NCBI RefSeq assembly: GCF_964213995.1
Contig: NC_135817.1
Coordinates: 73,966,001 to 74,030,000, forward strand
Reading direction: 5' to 3'
Length of the DNA stretch: 64,000 nt
Source of the DNA: Mustelus asterias
Lineage: Eukaryota
Shown: positions 50,700 through 63,327 of the stretch, piece by piece
Position numbering within the stretch: the stretch's first letter is position 1
Layout: the number at the start of each line of letters is the position of its first letter
Program-made: the position numbers and the translations under genes
The notes under the pieces: model-generated
What the model saw: only the letters and a program-made list of their open reading frames with translations
Databases searched by the model: none
What the model was told of the DNA's origin: nothing

Positions 50700-53098
50700 A
50701 AGGGTGAGTGAGCATCCCACTTGGAACCCTGCACATGCTTGGCACAGATCTCAAACCATGCTTAGACACCTGAAGGGCATGCAACAAGGCACCCTTCCCC
50801 CAGGGGCAGAATCTAACCCCTTCTCATCCCTCAATGAACACCCTTCACTGGTGACCCTTTTCCCCAAAACTGCCAGCACAACACCCGAGACACAGGCTCA
50901 CATTGCACACCATGCACCTCAATATATTAATGCTTGCTATCCACCTTATGTTTCCACAGGAGAAAAGTATACATAAACAGCGTGAGACAGCACAGACTGG
51001 TGGTGGTGTGACTGACCTGCAGCAGCTGACCAGCCTTGAACAGCATGCCATGGAGCTGGCAGGGGGTGATGGGGCATCCAGAATGGTGATGGACAGCCAG
51101 GTCAGCATCCAGCATGCAAGTGAGCATCAGCGTACCCCTCAACCTTGGTCCTCCTCAAAGTAAGTGCGATGCTGCATAGAATGTTTCACCTCCTTTCCCC
51201 TAATGTGTGTTCTTTATTGTAGCTCTAGACCCAGAGGAACGCGGCACTTCGAGTGTTGGCACCCTCCCCCACTGCTGTTCTGGAGCAAACTCCCCACGAC
51301 ACCTGGACGACACCTCGGAGGGAGGCTCTGAAGAATCCTCTGAGGGCAGCAGCAGTGAAGCGGCACTGGCATATACCACACAACCCACCAACACAGACTG
51401 TCACCACAGTGGGTACTTCTGGTGTTAAAGTTGAAAGTTAAAGTTTATTTATTAGTCACAAGTAAGGCTAACATTAACACTGCAATGAAATTCCCCTAGT
51501 CGCCACAATCCGGCCCCTGTTCGGGTCAATGCACCTAACCAGCACGTCTTTCAGAATGTGGGAGGAAACCGGAGCACCCGGAGGAAACCCACGCAGACAC
51601 AGGGAGAACGTGCAGACTCCATACAGACAGTGACCCAAGCCGGGACTCGAACCCTGATCCCTGGCGCTGTGAGGCAGCAGTGCTAACCACTGTGCTACGG
51701 CTTCTGGGTCATTTACTGATGAGCACATCACCGATACTGATGCACATCGGGTGGAAGTGGGTACATCCGAGGGCTTGGGCACACGGAAGTCTGTCGGAGG
51801 CGCGGATTCAGCTGTCCCCAAGCCTGATGCCGGGCCTCGGGGTTCATTCATCCCAATGCTGGTGGAGATGCATCAGCAAACCCGGGGAATTGTAGAAGCG
51901 CTGTCAACAACTATGCTGTGACTGCAAGGCTGTTTCAGGGAGTCCAACAGAGTGCTGTTGCAGGAGGTGGTGCCAACACATCGTGCAAACCAGGCCAACA
52001 CTGCAAGGGTGGCAACCACAGGGGAAAGTCTGGCTCAGGGGTCTGTCCTCATGGGTAACAGGGTCCAAGTCAACCTGGAGACACAACGGGCCATGAGTGA
52101 GGATGCTACCGGCATCTAGGAGGCACAGCATTCCATGGCCATGAGTGTGGGTGCTGGCAACACCACACAATTCATGGCACCATGTGTGACCCGATTAGGT
52201 TGTGTGAAATTCCCATCATGTCAAATGTTGGCACAGATTATGCAGGTTGGCGTGCAGCCGTGGGCACTGCGTATCCTTGAGCTATTGCTATGTGTGCAAC
52301 TGCAGCACCCGTTACAGGCATGTGTTGCTGGTCCGTGTCACAGGGCAGGGACAGACTGCAAAGCAGCACCAGATGTGTGCCCAGTGACAGCAGATTCCAT
52401 GCAGTCCCTGTCTGAACCTCGGCACCCCGGCCTGGAGCAGCAGCTGCTTCATCTGGTTAGGCCTCAGTCAGCACATGGTGCACTCCTTCCCCCACCCTGG
52501 AACCCCAGCACTCAGTGCAGCCCCTGACCAGACCCTGGGGCAAGACAATGCCACTGCACAGTGCCCTGGAGGGGAAGGCTGAGCAGGACTCCTTCAGGGA
52601 CCTTCACCTTGAAGAGAGAGCTCTGAGGAAATAGAAGCTCCCCCCGCACCCCAGATATCACTGGTCCATGGGCCAGCACCTGAAGACAGCAGGAGGAAGG
52701 CCACCAAGCATCTCCAGGGCCTGCCTGCAACAATCCCCGCACTGCGCTCATAGCACTTACCTCCTCACACTAGCTCAAGGCTGCCACGCCAGATTGAGAC
52801 TTTTATAAACCTACTCTGATTCACGCCAAAGTGACATCACGCCAAAGAGATGGGAGGTGCTAACGTGGGCGGAGATTGCCGTGTCGATGCCGATAATGAC
52901 ATGCTAAAGTATGGTAAGTGATGCAAATCAGTAATACGCCGATTTTCAGTGCAGTCCCAGCGGCGCCATCTTTTTCTTGTTGGGAGATGTGCATGGGTCA
53001 AAGATGCTTGCAGGGAACCCACGAAATGGCCGACACGCGCATCTCCCAACCCGACGTGCCAAAAAACACGTGCGCATCGCGATGGGAGAATTGGGCCC
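50700..53098. mobile_element. PIF/Harbinger-like DNA transposon remnant (Myb/SANT-like partner gene fragment, right TIR)
   Basis: EKSIHKQRETAQTGGGVTDLQQLTSLEQ resembles Harbinger Myb-like protein TGGG motifs. The terminus GGGAGAATTGGGCCC resembles the MITE TIR at 2537. Confidence 0.55.
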
Positions 53099-54674
53099 AT
53101 AAGTTCAGTCCTAAATAATACTGATGAAAAGGCATGTAGCCCTGAAAAGCTAGGTTTGTTTCTCTCTACACAGATGCTGCCAGGCCTGCTCAGTGTTTCC
53201 AGCATTTTCTGTTTTCACTGCACAATATTGAATTGATTTGGGCCACTCTGCAATGCTTTCACTTTCAGTAATCCTATTACCCATTCTTGTAACCAGTTCA
53301 AAGCATTGGCAGAAGTTGGGGATCAGATCCGTAACCGTAGATAGACAGTGGGCCCTCACAGCTAAACAAACAAAATCAAGATACTTTTCCAATACAAGTT
53401 GTTCTGTGAGTTTGACATTCCTTTGCTTTATGCCACACGGGGAGAACGTGCAGACTCCACACAGACAGTGACCCAAACCGGGAATCAAACCTGGGTCCCT
53501 GGTGCTGTGAGGCAGCAGGGCTAACCACCGTGCCAGGGGTTTTTCACAGTAACTTCATTAATGTAAGCCTACTTGTGACACTAATAAATAAACTTTAAAC
53601 AGGTATTGCTTTGAAATGCAAAAATCTTTCTGTACATGCACTGACCTTCAACTCACGTGGGAGACGTTTGTTATTCAATATCTTGGGTAATGACTGAGAA
53701 AGTTTTGTATTTTAACAAGAAAAGAAATAGCAATGTTTTGGACGTTAATGATTTGTTGCTTTGGTAGGATCCCAAATATCACTTACCTCATTCCAAAAGC
53801 TCTAATTCAGTTTATTTTTAAAACCAAACACATTTATTCTAAATATAAATGTGACCTCCTTGAGCCAGGCATGTGCAGTTTTCAGATCTGAGAAGGGAAG
53901 ACTAAACTCAACAACAACATTGTCCTTGGCCCCATTAAAAGTAAGTTTGGATTTGTTTCCAGTGTTGCTTTAACACTCTTTTTGTTTGTATGAAGTGTAG
54001 ACTTAAATACGTGTGCTGCTTATTAAGTTGATCATTCAGCCAAAGCATTCAACACCCTGTCAGTGCTGTCACAGCAAATGGATCTTGTGATCCAGAAAAT
54101 CTCAGTAACAAAACATAAATTGAAACTCAGGTCCTTATCAAATAAAATCTACAAATTGAAAAAAACTGAGAAATAAAAAGATTTTTAAAATTATATCTCC
54201 TTTTAAAAACATATTGCTCTGCAAAGGAGTATGTATATTTATTTATATGCAAAGTTGTACTTGCATGTGCAAATTCGCCAAGAGTTCAGGTCTAACACTC
54301 CAAAAGTGAATGTTTTGCTCCTTGATTAATTCTTACAAAATATTACTTTTAAGATCCTTTAGTCCTTGAAACCATATGAGTCAGATGGTGTCTCACACAT
54401 TTTTTTTACTGCAGTGCACAGTGTAATGGAACTAAATCTATAAAATTGCACATTAGCTCCTAAGATATGTTTCGAATAATCTACATGAGGCAATGAAATG
54501 CTGCATGTAACAAATAAGAAGTGCTCATGTTTACTGGGACTTTGATTAAAATCAGAGTGGCCTTGCTTCCAAAGCTGATGAGCTCAGGAAAAGTGACAGT
54601 TTTAAATCTAATACACTAAAGAACATTATCACTAATAGATAGTTTCACAAACCACAAGCAATGCAATGCAATAC

Positions 54675-54870
54675 AAACAGAAAGTGCTGGAAGTACTCAG
54701 TGGGTCCGGCAGCATTTGTGGAGAGAGAGAAACAGTTAACATTTCAGGTCATTGACCTTTTCAAGGTTATCAGCCTGAAATGTTAAACTCTGTTTCTGTC
54801 TCCACAGATGCTGAGTATTGCCAATATTTTCTGTTTTTGTTTCACATTTCCACCACCTGCAGTGTTTTGT
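54675..54870. repeat. Palindromic Penelope-derived short repeat
   Basis: Inverted arms (CAGCATTTGTGGAGAGAGA..GTTAACATTTCAGG / CCTGAAATGTTAAAC..TCTCCACAGATGCTG). Related copies at ~35385-35520, 48925-49085 and 53120-53215. Confidence 0.55.
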
Positions 54871-57800
54871 TCCAGCATTACATGCAAGATGTTTTGATTA
54901 TTAATATGATTTGACATGCCAGCCTGGGTTTACATCAGTCACACAATTAGAATCATAGAATCCTACAGTGCCGAAGGAGGCCATTTGGCCCATCGAGTCT
55001 GCACCGACCACAATCCCACCCAGGCCCTTTCCCCATAACCCTCTGCATGTACCCTAGCCAGTCCCCCTGACACTAAGAGACAATTTAGCATGGTCAATCC
55101 ACCTAACCCGCACATCTTTGGACCGTGGGAGGAAACCGGAGCACCCGGAGGAAACCCACGCAGGCACAGGAGAATGTGCAGACTCCACACAGGCAGTGAC
55201 CCGAGGCCAGAGTTGAACCTGGGACCCTGGTGCTGTGAGGCAGCAGTGCTAACCACTGTGCCACCAGGCCACCCACAATTGCCAGAACTGTGGTTAAAAA
55301 CAGAAAACTTCACTATTCCCACCTACATAAACTATATTAAAGTTTTAACTTTAAATTATATTTGCAAACTCTGAATGCTTTCAGTGCTGTTCATTGGAGC
55401 TTTGTTAATATTAGGGAAGGGAAATTGCTTTCTGTTGCAGGATTTAAAATCCTGTATCAGTTTACAGGGCCAGGCATTAAGGATGCAAGTGTCAAATTGG
55501 AGTGAGTTGTTGCTTCCAGTCTCCATGTAATTAAGATTGTTATCCAGATAAATAAAAATAAACTCTTCACTGGTCATACTGGGATTGTTAATTCCAGTTT
55601 CCCACATTTATGCAACTACAGGCATTACTTTTGTGAAAGTAAGACTGCATTACTTGGAGGAGAGATAAACTGAATTCCCTTCTCTTAATGTCCATAAAAA
55701 GGGTGTTTTTGGAAAAGTAGATTGGTGTGTTTCTTAGTCCTCTTTAGCGTGCAGTCAATTTAAATAACCAGCAGCTGAGTTTTATGGGTTTTAAAAGTAA
55801 GTATTTATTCATGCATTCAACCTGAATCTAAATGTTATGCCAATCACTCAGCAGTCATGCAGACACACAATCAAGAAACAAAATTACAGTTAATAAGAAT
55901 AGAGTACTTTTACAAGTTGCAACCAAAAGAACGATTCATAGTTCACATGTCTAACTAGTTGTAGGAATTCAATCTTGATTATAGATCATAGGATCCTACA
56001 GTGCAGAAGGAGGCCATTCGGTCCATCGAGTCTGCACTGACCCCCCAGGCCCCACACCGTTACCTCATGCATCCACCCTAGCCAGTTCCCCTGACACTAA
56101 GGGGCAATTTAGCATGGCCAATCCACCTAACCTGCACATCTTTGGACTGTGGGAGGAAACCGGAGCACCCAGAGGAAACCTATGCAGACACGGGGAGAAC
56201 ATGCAGACAGTGATCGAAGCCGGGAATTGAACCTGGGTCCCTGGCGCTGTGAGGCAGTAGTGCTAACCACTGTGCCAGCATGCCACCCATAACTACTGTG
56301 CCACTGTGCCGAGTCTGGTGAAGAAGGAAGTCTTTTGCACTCTTGAATTGTACTTTAGATGAGTTCAGGTAACCGGAGTCTGATATATCGGGATTATTTT
56401 AGGATTCCCTGGAAAGAGATGAATGTTCAGCAGATCATTAAGTTAAGCACTTATAATGAGGTCTAATATTTTTAATGGTGGACTTGGATTTAGGAATCAG
56501 ACAAGAAGGCATTTAAATACTTTACAGTGTCTAGGTTCTTAAAGGCAAATATAGCCTTTGCTGCAGCTGCTGTTTCTTTCAATGCTTTATCTAGAGTGCC
56601 CTGACACCTCTTAAAATTGTTAACTTGAGCCAATTTCGGTCATATGACCCTACATAGAAAGTACAGAGTCATCACTACACAATAGGAGATAGATAGTGGT
56701 CTTTCACACTTGTGGATAACTTGTCTCGTCAGCTCTCTTCTGTTAAGTTGCAAACTTGGCGACATAGAACCTAAAAGTAAAGCACAAACAATGTCAAGTA
56801 TGAATTCCAGAGGGGTGTTATGTGGGCATTTCCATTCACTATGATTTAATTTGAATCTGACTTGTGATAGTCTGTTTTGAAGGTGCAAAGGTCGCCTGAC
56901 TCTTGGCAGCCATCTTAGCAACAATGTGATTGTCTATTTTCAAAATATAAAATAAAATTCCAGAAGCTTCCCCAGGAACGCTGTCCATGTTTGAAGTTAT
57001 GAATAGGACATGCGCTCACTGGGTATGACACATGTCGCAGTCTCTCCCCTCAGGTGTGTGCATTGGCAGGTGGGTGCTACATGCTTTCTGTGCTCTCTGG
57101 CTAGCCTGTCTTTCTTTTGTGGAAGAAGAATGGGGGAGGGGAGTTGTCATAATGGGAGGTCATTAAAATTGAGGCTGTGAGGAAGCTGAAGATAGATTGT
57201 TTCTATTTGTTGAGGGGATATGGGTGCCACTGGCTGGGCCAGCATTTATTCTCCATCCCTAATTGTCCTTGAAATGAGTGTCTTTCAGGGGGCTTTTAGG
57301 AGTCAGCCCCATTGTTTTGGGTCTGGAGTCACATGTAAGGCAGACGGTAGATTTCCATCCCTAAAGAACATCAGTGAACCAGATTGGGTTTCATCACAAT
57401 CAACAATGGTTTCATGGTCATCATTAGACTTTAATTCCAGTTTTTAAATTGAATTTACCATGCTGGGATTTGAAAATGAGTCCACAGAGTATTACCCTGG
57501 GTCTCTGGATTACTAATCTAGTGACTATACCACTATGCCACCAATTCCCCGAGATAGTGAATCAAATGACAGAGATGAAAAACAATGATTTAAATCAGCT
57601 GAGAAACAAACTTTCTGTGAATCCTTTTAAAATAGCTACTGGGCTATTTAAACCAGCGGCTGTTTTTTTTCTCTTCCTGGAAGCCTGTTTCATATAGATA
57701 TGCTTAATGGTCAGGTGGAAAATAAGACAATTGATGTTATCTTGAAATTACCACCTCATTTAGGGAGGGGGCTTCCTCTGTAAGTCACAACTAGTAATGA

Positions 57801-59038
57801 CAAATTCGATGGGGCAAAATGGCCAAGGATCTGGTGCAAGGGATTCCTAATCAGCCAGGAATCAGGCAGTGAAGAGGAATATGTAGGCTATTTAGTTTCT
57901 ATTATTTTACTTAAAATTTGGTTTATATACTTAGGGAGCATTCATCTCTCCCTCTTACTCATTCCCTCTCTAATTCTTTTCTCTGCTTCTCATTGATCAT
58001 TTCTCTCACTCATTTTACCTTTTATCATTTTAAGTATATTTTCTTCTCTCATTGCCTCTTATTCTCTTTCCTCCCCTCTGCCTTATATTCTTTCTCCCTT
58101 TTATGCTCGCAATGGACCTGATTTGTTTTTTTGGGGAAAAATATCTGAACAACAGAGTGTTATTAATACATACATTGGTCAGCAACATGTAGCAAGGAAG
58201 GTATTCCCCATGAAGTGAGAGAATTGGCACAAGTTACTGGCCAATTAGCACAACTCCACCATTACTGTCCCAAAAATGATATCTCAGGCTCAACTTCCCT
58301 GTGATTTTCAGGATGTTGCTACATTAGCAAATGAAAGTTAAGTCCTGTAAGTAACTTTTTAACAATTGGATAATTGTTATTGATTGCAAATCAACCTCTC
58401 TCCCACCCAGTAAGTATAAGAAAAGCATCTAGGGAATGCCCAGCAGTCCACTGGAAGAAGACTGTTTGAAACTGAGCTAACTCAAACAAGAAACCTTGGT
58501 GTTGAGAGAGCGGTAAATTTTCACTCGGGTTTTGTGTCTCTAAGAGTTGCTAGAATCAAATGAGTAGTGTGAGTTTGAATCATTTTCTGGTATCTGTATT
58601 GAAATCTTTCCAAACGTTTTGTAATTTAGTCCATTTTTTCTTGCTTAAAAAAAATTATTCTTTGTCGAACAGTATATGGGCAGATTCTTGTGAACATGTT
58701 CAGTAACTGTTCTCCACAAGATAAACAAAGTTAGGTTCTACCAAGCCAGGTTTCACCTTGGGATCTGACGTGTCCTGTACTAATATCAGCTAGGGTCATA
58801 ACACTTGCTTGGTGTTCCTTTTCATTTGCATTTGCTCTTTTCTTACTATTTATTTTGTTTCATGTGATATAGATGTTGCTGGTAAGGCCAACATTTGTTG
58901 CCCATTCTTAATTGCCCTTAAGAGCAGTTAAGAGTCAACCAGATCAGTGGAGTCGCATGTATGCCAGACCAAGTAAGGCAGCAGTTTTCCTTCCCTAAAG
59001 GACATTAGTGAATCAGGTGAACTTTACAACAATGATAG

Positions 59039-59335
59039 TGTGGTGAACCATTGTTGGTTCCCACCAGGTAGTGCTGAGCCATAGTCTGGCCAGTACTATG
59101 AGTCTGTAGATATGTTACTGTTGGGGTTAGGGTTGGGCTGTTCTACCTGTTAATATAGTCCTATGGTACACCCCAGTTGGCTCCGCCTCCTGGGAGAGGT
59201 ATAAAGGTCACTACTCTGCCTGGTGACCCTTTAGTCTGGGATCGTATACTGTATATAGTAGCTCTGTTATTGTTGGCAATAAAAGCCTTTATTTCCCGAG
59301 TACATCCAGCCTCTCGTGTGTTATATCGCGCATCA
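59039..59335 (+). mobile_element. Solo LTR (297 bp)
   Basis: TG...CA termini, TATAAA at 59200-59205, AATAAA at 59278-59283, perfect 5-bp TSD GATAG (59034-59038 and 59336-59340). Splits a SINE. Confidence 0.85.
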
Positions 59336-59966
59336 GATAGTTTCATGGGCACTGTTACTGAGTCTAGGTTTCAATTTCAGATTTATTTTTAAAAATGGAA
59401 TTTATTAATTACATTTAAATTCCACCAGCTGTAGTTTTTTCCTCCTCTTTTACAAGTGTTGAAGTATCTTATTGAAATATGAAGACACTGAATCTCATTT
59501 TATATCTAACAACGTTGCCCAAGTTCAGCAGTAATTAGCTGTATCTGATAGAGAAATTCATGAGGATGAAATTTCAGACATTGACACATCACGTTATTGG
59601 TGTTGAGATTAAGTCAGGTTGCCAGGAAAATATTGTGACACTCTGCAATGGATCCTCACACTTAAACTCAGGTCGATTGATATTACTGTTAGAATCAGTA
59701 CAATTATTACTTATGCTGCATCCCATTACATCAGTTTAAAATTGTGTCCATTCACCCTCAATGCATCTAATTCAATTTACTTATATCACTGCATTATGCT
59801 TCACCCACGTCATAAACCGTACTCTGATGCTCAATTATCTGGACTTTTAACAAAAATGTTGTGATTGATTCATTTTCTGGAAACTTATTGCACTTTAAAT
59901 TTGTTGAATTATATCTAAAGCAATTTATTTTATTCTTTCAGCTGAGAAGAAAGAGGATTAGTCAAA

Positions 59967-59969
59967 ATG
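59967..59969 (+). CDS. FBXO40: FBXO40 start-codon mini-exon (exon 59942-59969; only ATG is coding)
   Basis: Acceptor TTATTCTTTCAG, Kozak-like CAAAATG, donor ATG|GTAAGA. Phase 0 joins 61462 in frame. Confidence 0.8.
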
Positions 59970-61461
59970 GTAAGAATGTGAACCTGACTGTCACGAGCTG
60001 TAAAATGTAATGCTAAATCACCACAGATATTAGACGTTCATGTCCCCTTAGAAATTAACATTTAAATCTTCCACTACCTGCCCTGCCCAAACCACTACAG
60101 TGTTGTGGCCCTTATCATCAAACTTCACCTTAATCCCTTCTTCTACTCTTCAGCAGATGCCCCCCCCCCCCTCCCCTTGCCCCGGGGCCCAAGGCACCAG
60201 GCCAGGGTGTCAGTGACAGGGTGCCAGGGGCAGTGCACCATTGATGCTGCCAAGGTGCATGGCCTGAAGGTGGGCTTGTGTAGGGGGTCTGGGGTTGCTG
60301 AATGCGGTAGTCTGGGGCGGGCGGGGGGGGGGGGGGGGGGGGGGACAGCTGAGTAGGGTGGGCTGAAGTGGGGAGGGGGCTGGGTGGGGAAGTCTGAGAG
60401 GGTAGAATTAACGTGAAACTGCGAATGTCTGCCCCTTGCAATGGTGTTTCATATATTCCAGCCACACCTGTGCGAACAAGATTAGTTTCTAAACTAAAAC
60501 CAGACTGGGTATTAAGGAGAGACAATATGAAAGAAATTGTGGATCCTCTGAAAGCCGTTCAGTTGGTTGTGGATACGCTTGGAATTTCTATTTAAAATGT
60601 CAATAATGGAAAATAATTTGGGGGGTTGGGGGGGCTTGAAGGGGGAGGGGGTTAAATGGAGGGGGGAGGAGGGAGAGAGGGGACCTGAGTAGGGGTCTGA
60701 TGGGGAGGGAGGGGGCTGAGGGGGGTTTGGGTTGAGGCACCTTCATGCCTGAATGGTGTTCGGTGGGAGGGATGGGACTTATTATTTGAGTGAAGGGGGG
60801 AGGATGCCCCTTTCTGCTGAGGGTTTGGTGGTGCTCCCCTGGACCCTCAGCGTCCAGCATGCCAGGTCCATATTGGTCATGACAAACACCAAAGCCCACC
60901 TGGTGCATTTCCCGGTGGAGAGGTTGGTGAATGGTGGGGGAGAGGTGGATATTGCAGACATTATTACAATTTTTCAGTGAGATGTCTAAATACCATGAGG
61001 TTTCTTTGGACCCTCCCTAAATCCTATTTCCCACAATTTACCAGCTTTTCTCTGGCTACCCAAACTTGTTCTCCTGCTCATCCCTCAGGTGCCATTTTTC
61101 ACTTATTTCGAACAGGTAGCTAGCTGCGTGGTGACACACAGACAGAGGCACACAGTTAAAATACTTTGGGCCTTATATTCGGTCTTTCATTGCGGTTGGT
61201 CTCACTCGCCTGAATCATATTGGAAGTTAAGCACAGCTTCTTACAATCTAGATAGCATCATTGAGTCAAAGATTTATAGTAAAACCAAGTGCATAAGTAC
61301 ACTCTTTATATTTTAGTGCATGTGCATACAGATATAGACAAATCCAGAACACGAGTCTATTATTAAATGCACAAAATATATAGCACACACTTACCTTACT
61401 GTATATGTAAGTGAACGAAGTAAACCTATGAAATCAAAGCAATATCTTTTTGCTTCTATAG

Positions 61462-63327
61462 ATCAGAAATAGAAACTTAACTCCTCGACTGCACAAGCAC
61501 TGTGAAAAATGTTATAATCGGCACTGCAAAAAGTCCTTTGAACCTTCTGTATCCTGTTTGATTATCAGTTGCCCTTCCAAATGTGGTGCTGTTTTTCACC
61601 AGTGTAAGGAGGACGAACACACACTACTGTGCCCACTGGAACATGTCTCTTGCTTAAATGCCGCCTTTGGCTGCCCATTCTCCATGGCACGCCACAAACT
61701 TTCCAAGCACCTTCACGTCTGTCCTGCCAGCATTGTGTGCTGTTCAATGCAATGGAACCGTTGGCCAGTGAATGAAGATGAGATAAGGTTAAAGGATACT
61801 GCAGTCAAAGAATCCTTGAATCCAGAGGATTTGGACTGGGGCACCGCAATGAGAGATCAGAGGATTCTTTTCAATTCAGTGAAGATGGCTGAACTTTTCC
61901 CGGAGATGGCTGAGAGAGTTGATGAAAATGATTTGGCTTCGAATGAAGAGGGAGCAGTGGGAGGACAGCTCCTTACTTCTACATCATTGGATAGGAGTTT
62001 TCTTGAAACAGGAGCAGCAGCACTTCAAGATGGAGTTGGTGAGGTCAATGCAGATGTGGCTGAACTCGCTCAAGAAGAATATTTAGCTATGTATTCTAAC
62101 TGGGAGCACATTTTCAGTAAAGATAAAGGCGGCTGTGCCACTGAGGGGAAAACTGCAGAAGTTAAATCCAAGCAGGAAAGTGAGAGTTCATCAGCCTCCA
62201 ATAACAATAAGAAAAGTCTACCTGCAGATGAAACAAGTACGTCAGACCCAGCTTTGCTAGCATTGATAGAAAAGACAGGCGAAGCTCCTTGGCAGGAAGG
62301 AGTTTTAGAAAGGCTAGAAACTCAGTTGGATACACAACAATTTAATATGTATTTGGCGCATCATGGTAGTATGCTTATTCGATTTGGCCAGATAAGTGCA
62401 TGTACACCCAAAGAAAAAGACTTTGTTTATGGGAACCTGGAAGCCCAGCATGTTAAAACTGTCAATACATTTAAAGTTCCTACCAGCTACCGTGCCAAGC
62501 GAGGACATATGGGAGAATCATACTCAAGTAAGATCAGAAAGGAGACCAAAGCCGTGGACACTTCTGACCTGGAGACAGAGAACCATCAAAATGACGAAGT
62601 TGCTACTTCATTGCTTTGTTATTTAGAAAAAGTATTAAAAGGCCACGCTATATCAGAAACAAAAGGCACTGATGGATTCACCATTGATTTTGCAACTCAG
62701 ACATATTCTTTCCCTTCTGCTCCTTTCGTCCGTGGTGTATCTCTGACCGATGTAGCAGCAGAGAAAGCCTCTTGTCTGTTTCTGCAACTCCAGACAGAGT
62801 GCATCACAAAAAGATACAACAAACCGAACTCTGCCTTTACATTTATGTGCCACCATTTCTTCAGGCGAGATGAGTATTCATCACACTTCCGGAACGTGCA
62901 TGCTGATATTCAGTCGGGCCTGAATGGATGGATGGTACAGAGATGTCCTCTGGCTTATCTTGGCTGTTCCTACTCACAACAAAGATTCTGCCCCCCCAAG
63001 CAGAGAGCTAATGTGATCTACAATCAACAGCAAAATGCATTTGCAATCAAACCAAATGTTCCTGCAGTTCTGTATCAGCACAATCACAGGAATCACAGTG
63101 TATGGAATAGTGGGAAAAATATGCTTAGCTTGAACAGTCTTCCATTTGAGATACTGAGGTACATTGCAAGCTTCTTGGACAGCTACAGCCTAGCACAGTT
63201 GTCCCAGGTGTCTGTGTTGATGAATGTGATCTCTTCCACGCTACTGCAAGAGCATGGCATGGTCTCCCTCGTCTGGGAAAAGAAAGGTTACTCACATGGA
63301 AGCTTTTCTTGGCGAGCTCGAAAACGG
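61462..63327 (+). CDS. FBXO40: F-box only protein 40, large coding exon (TRAF-type zinc finger, F-box); final exon outside window
   Basis: Acceptor TTTGCTTCTATAG. Contains HKHCEKCYNRHC, CPASIVCCSMQWNRWP, APWQEGVLERL, FFRRDEYSSHFRNVHADIQ and the F-box LNSLPFEILRYIASFLDSYSL. The N-terminus fits FBXO40 better than FBXO30. Ends at CGG|GCAAGT. Confidence 0.92.
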
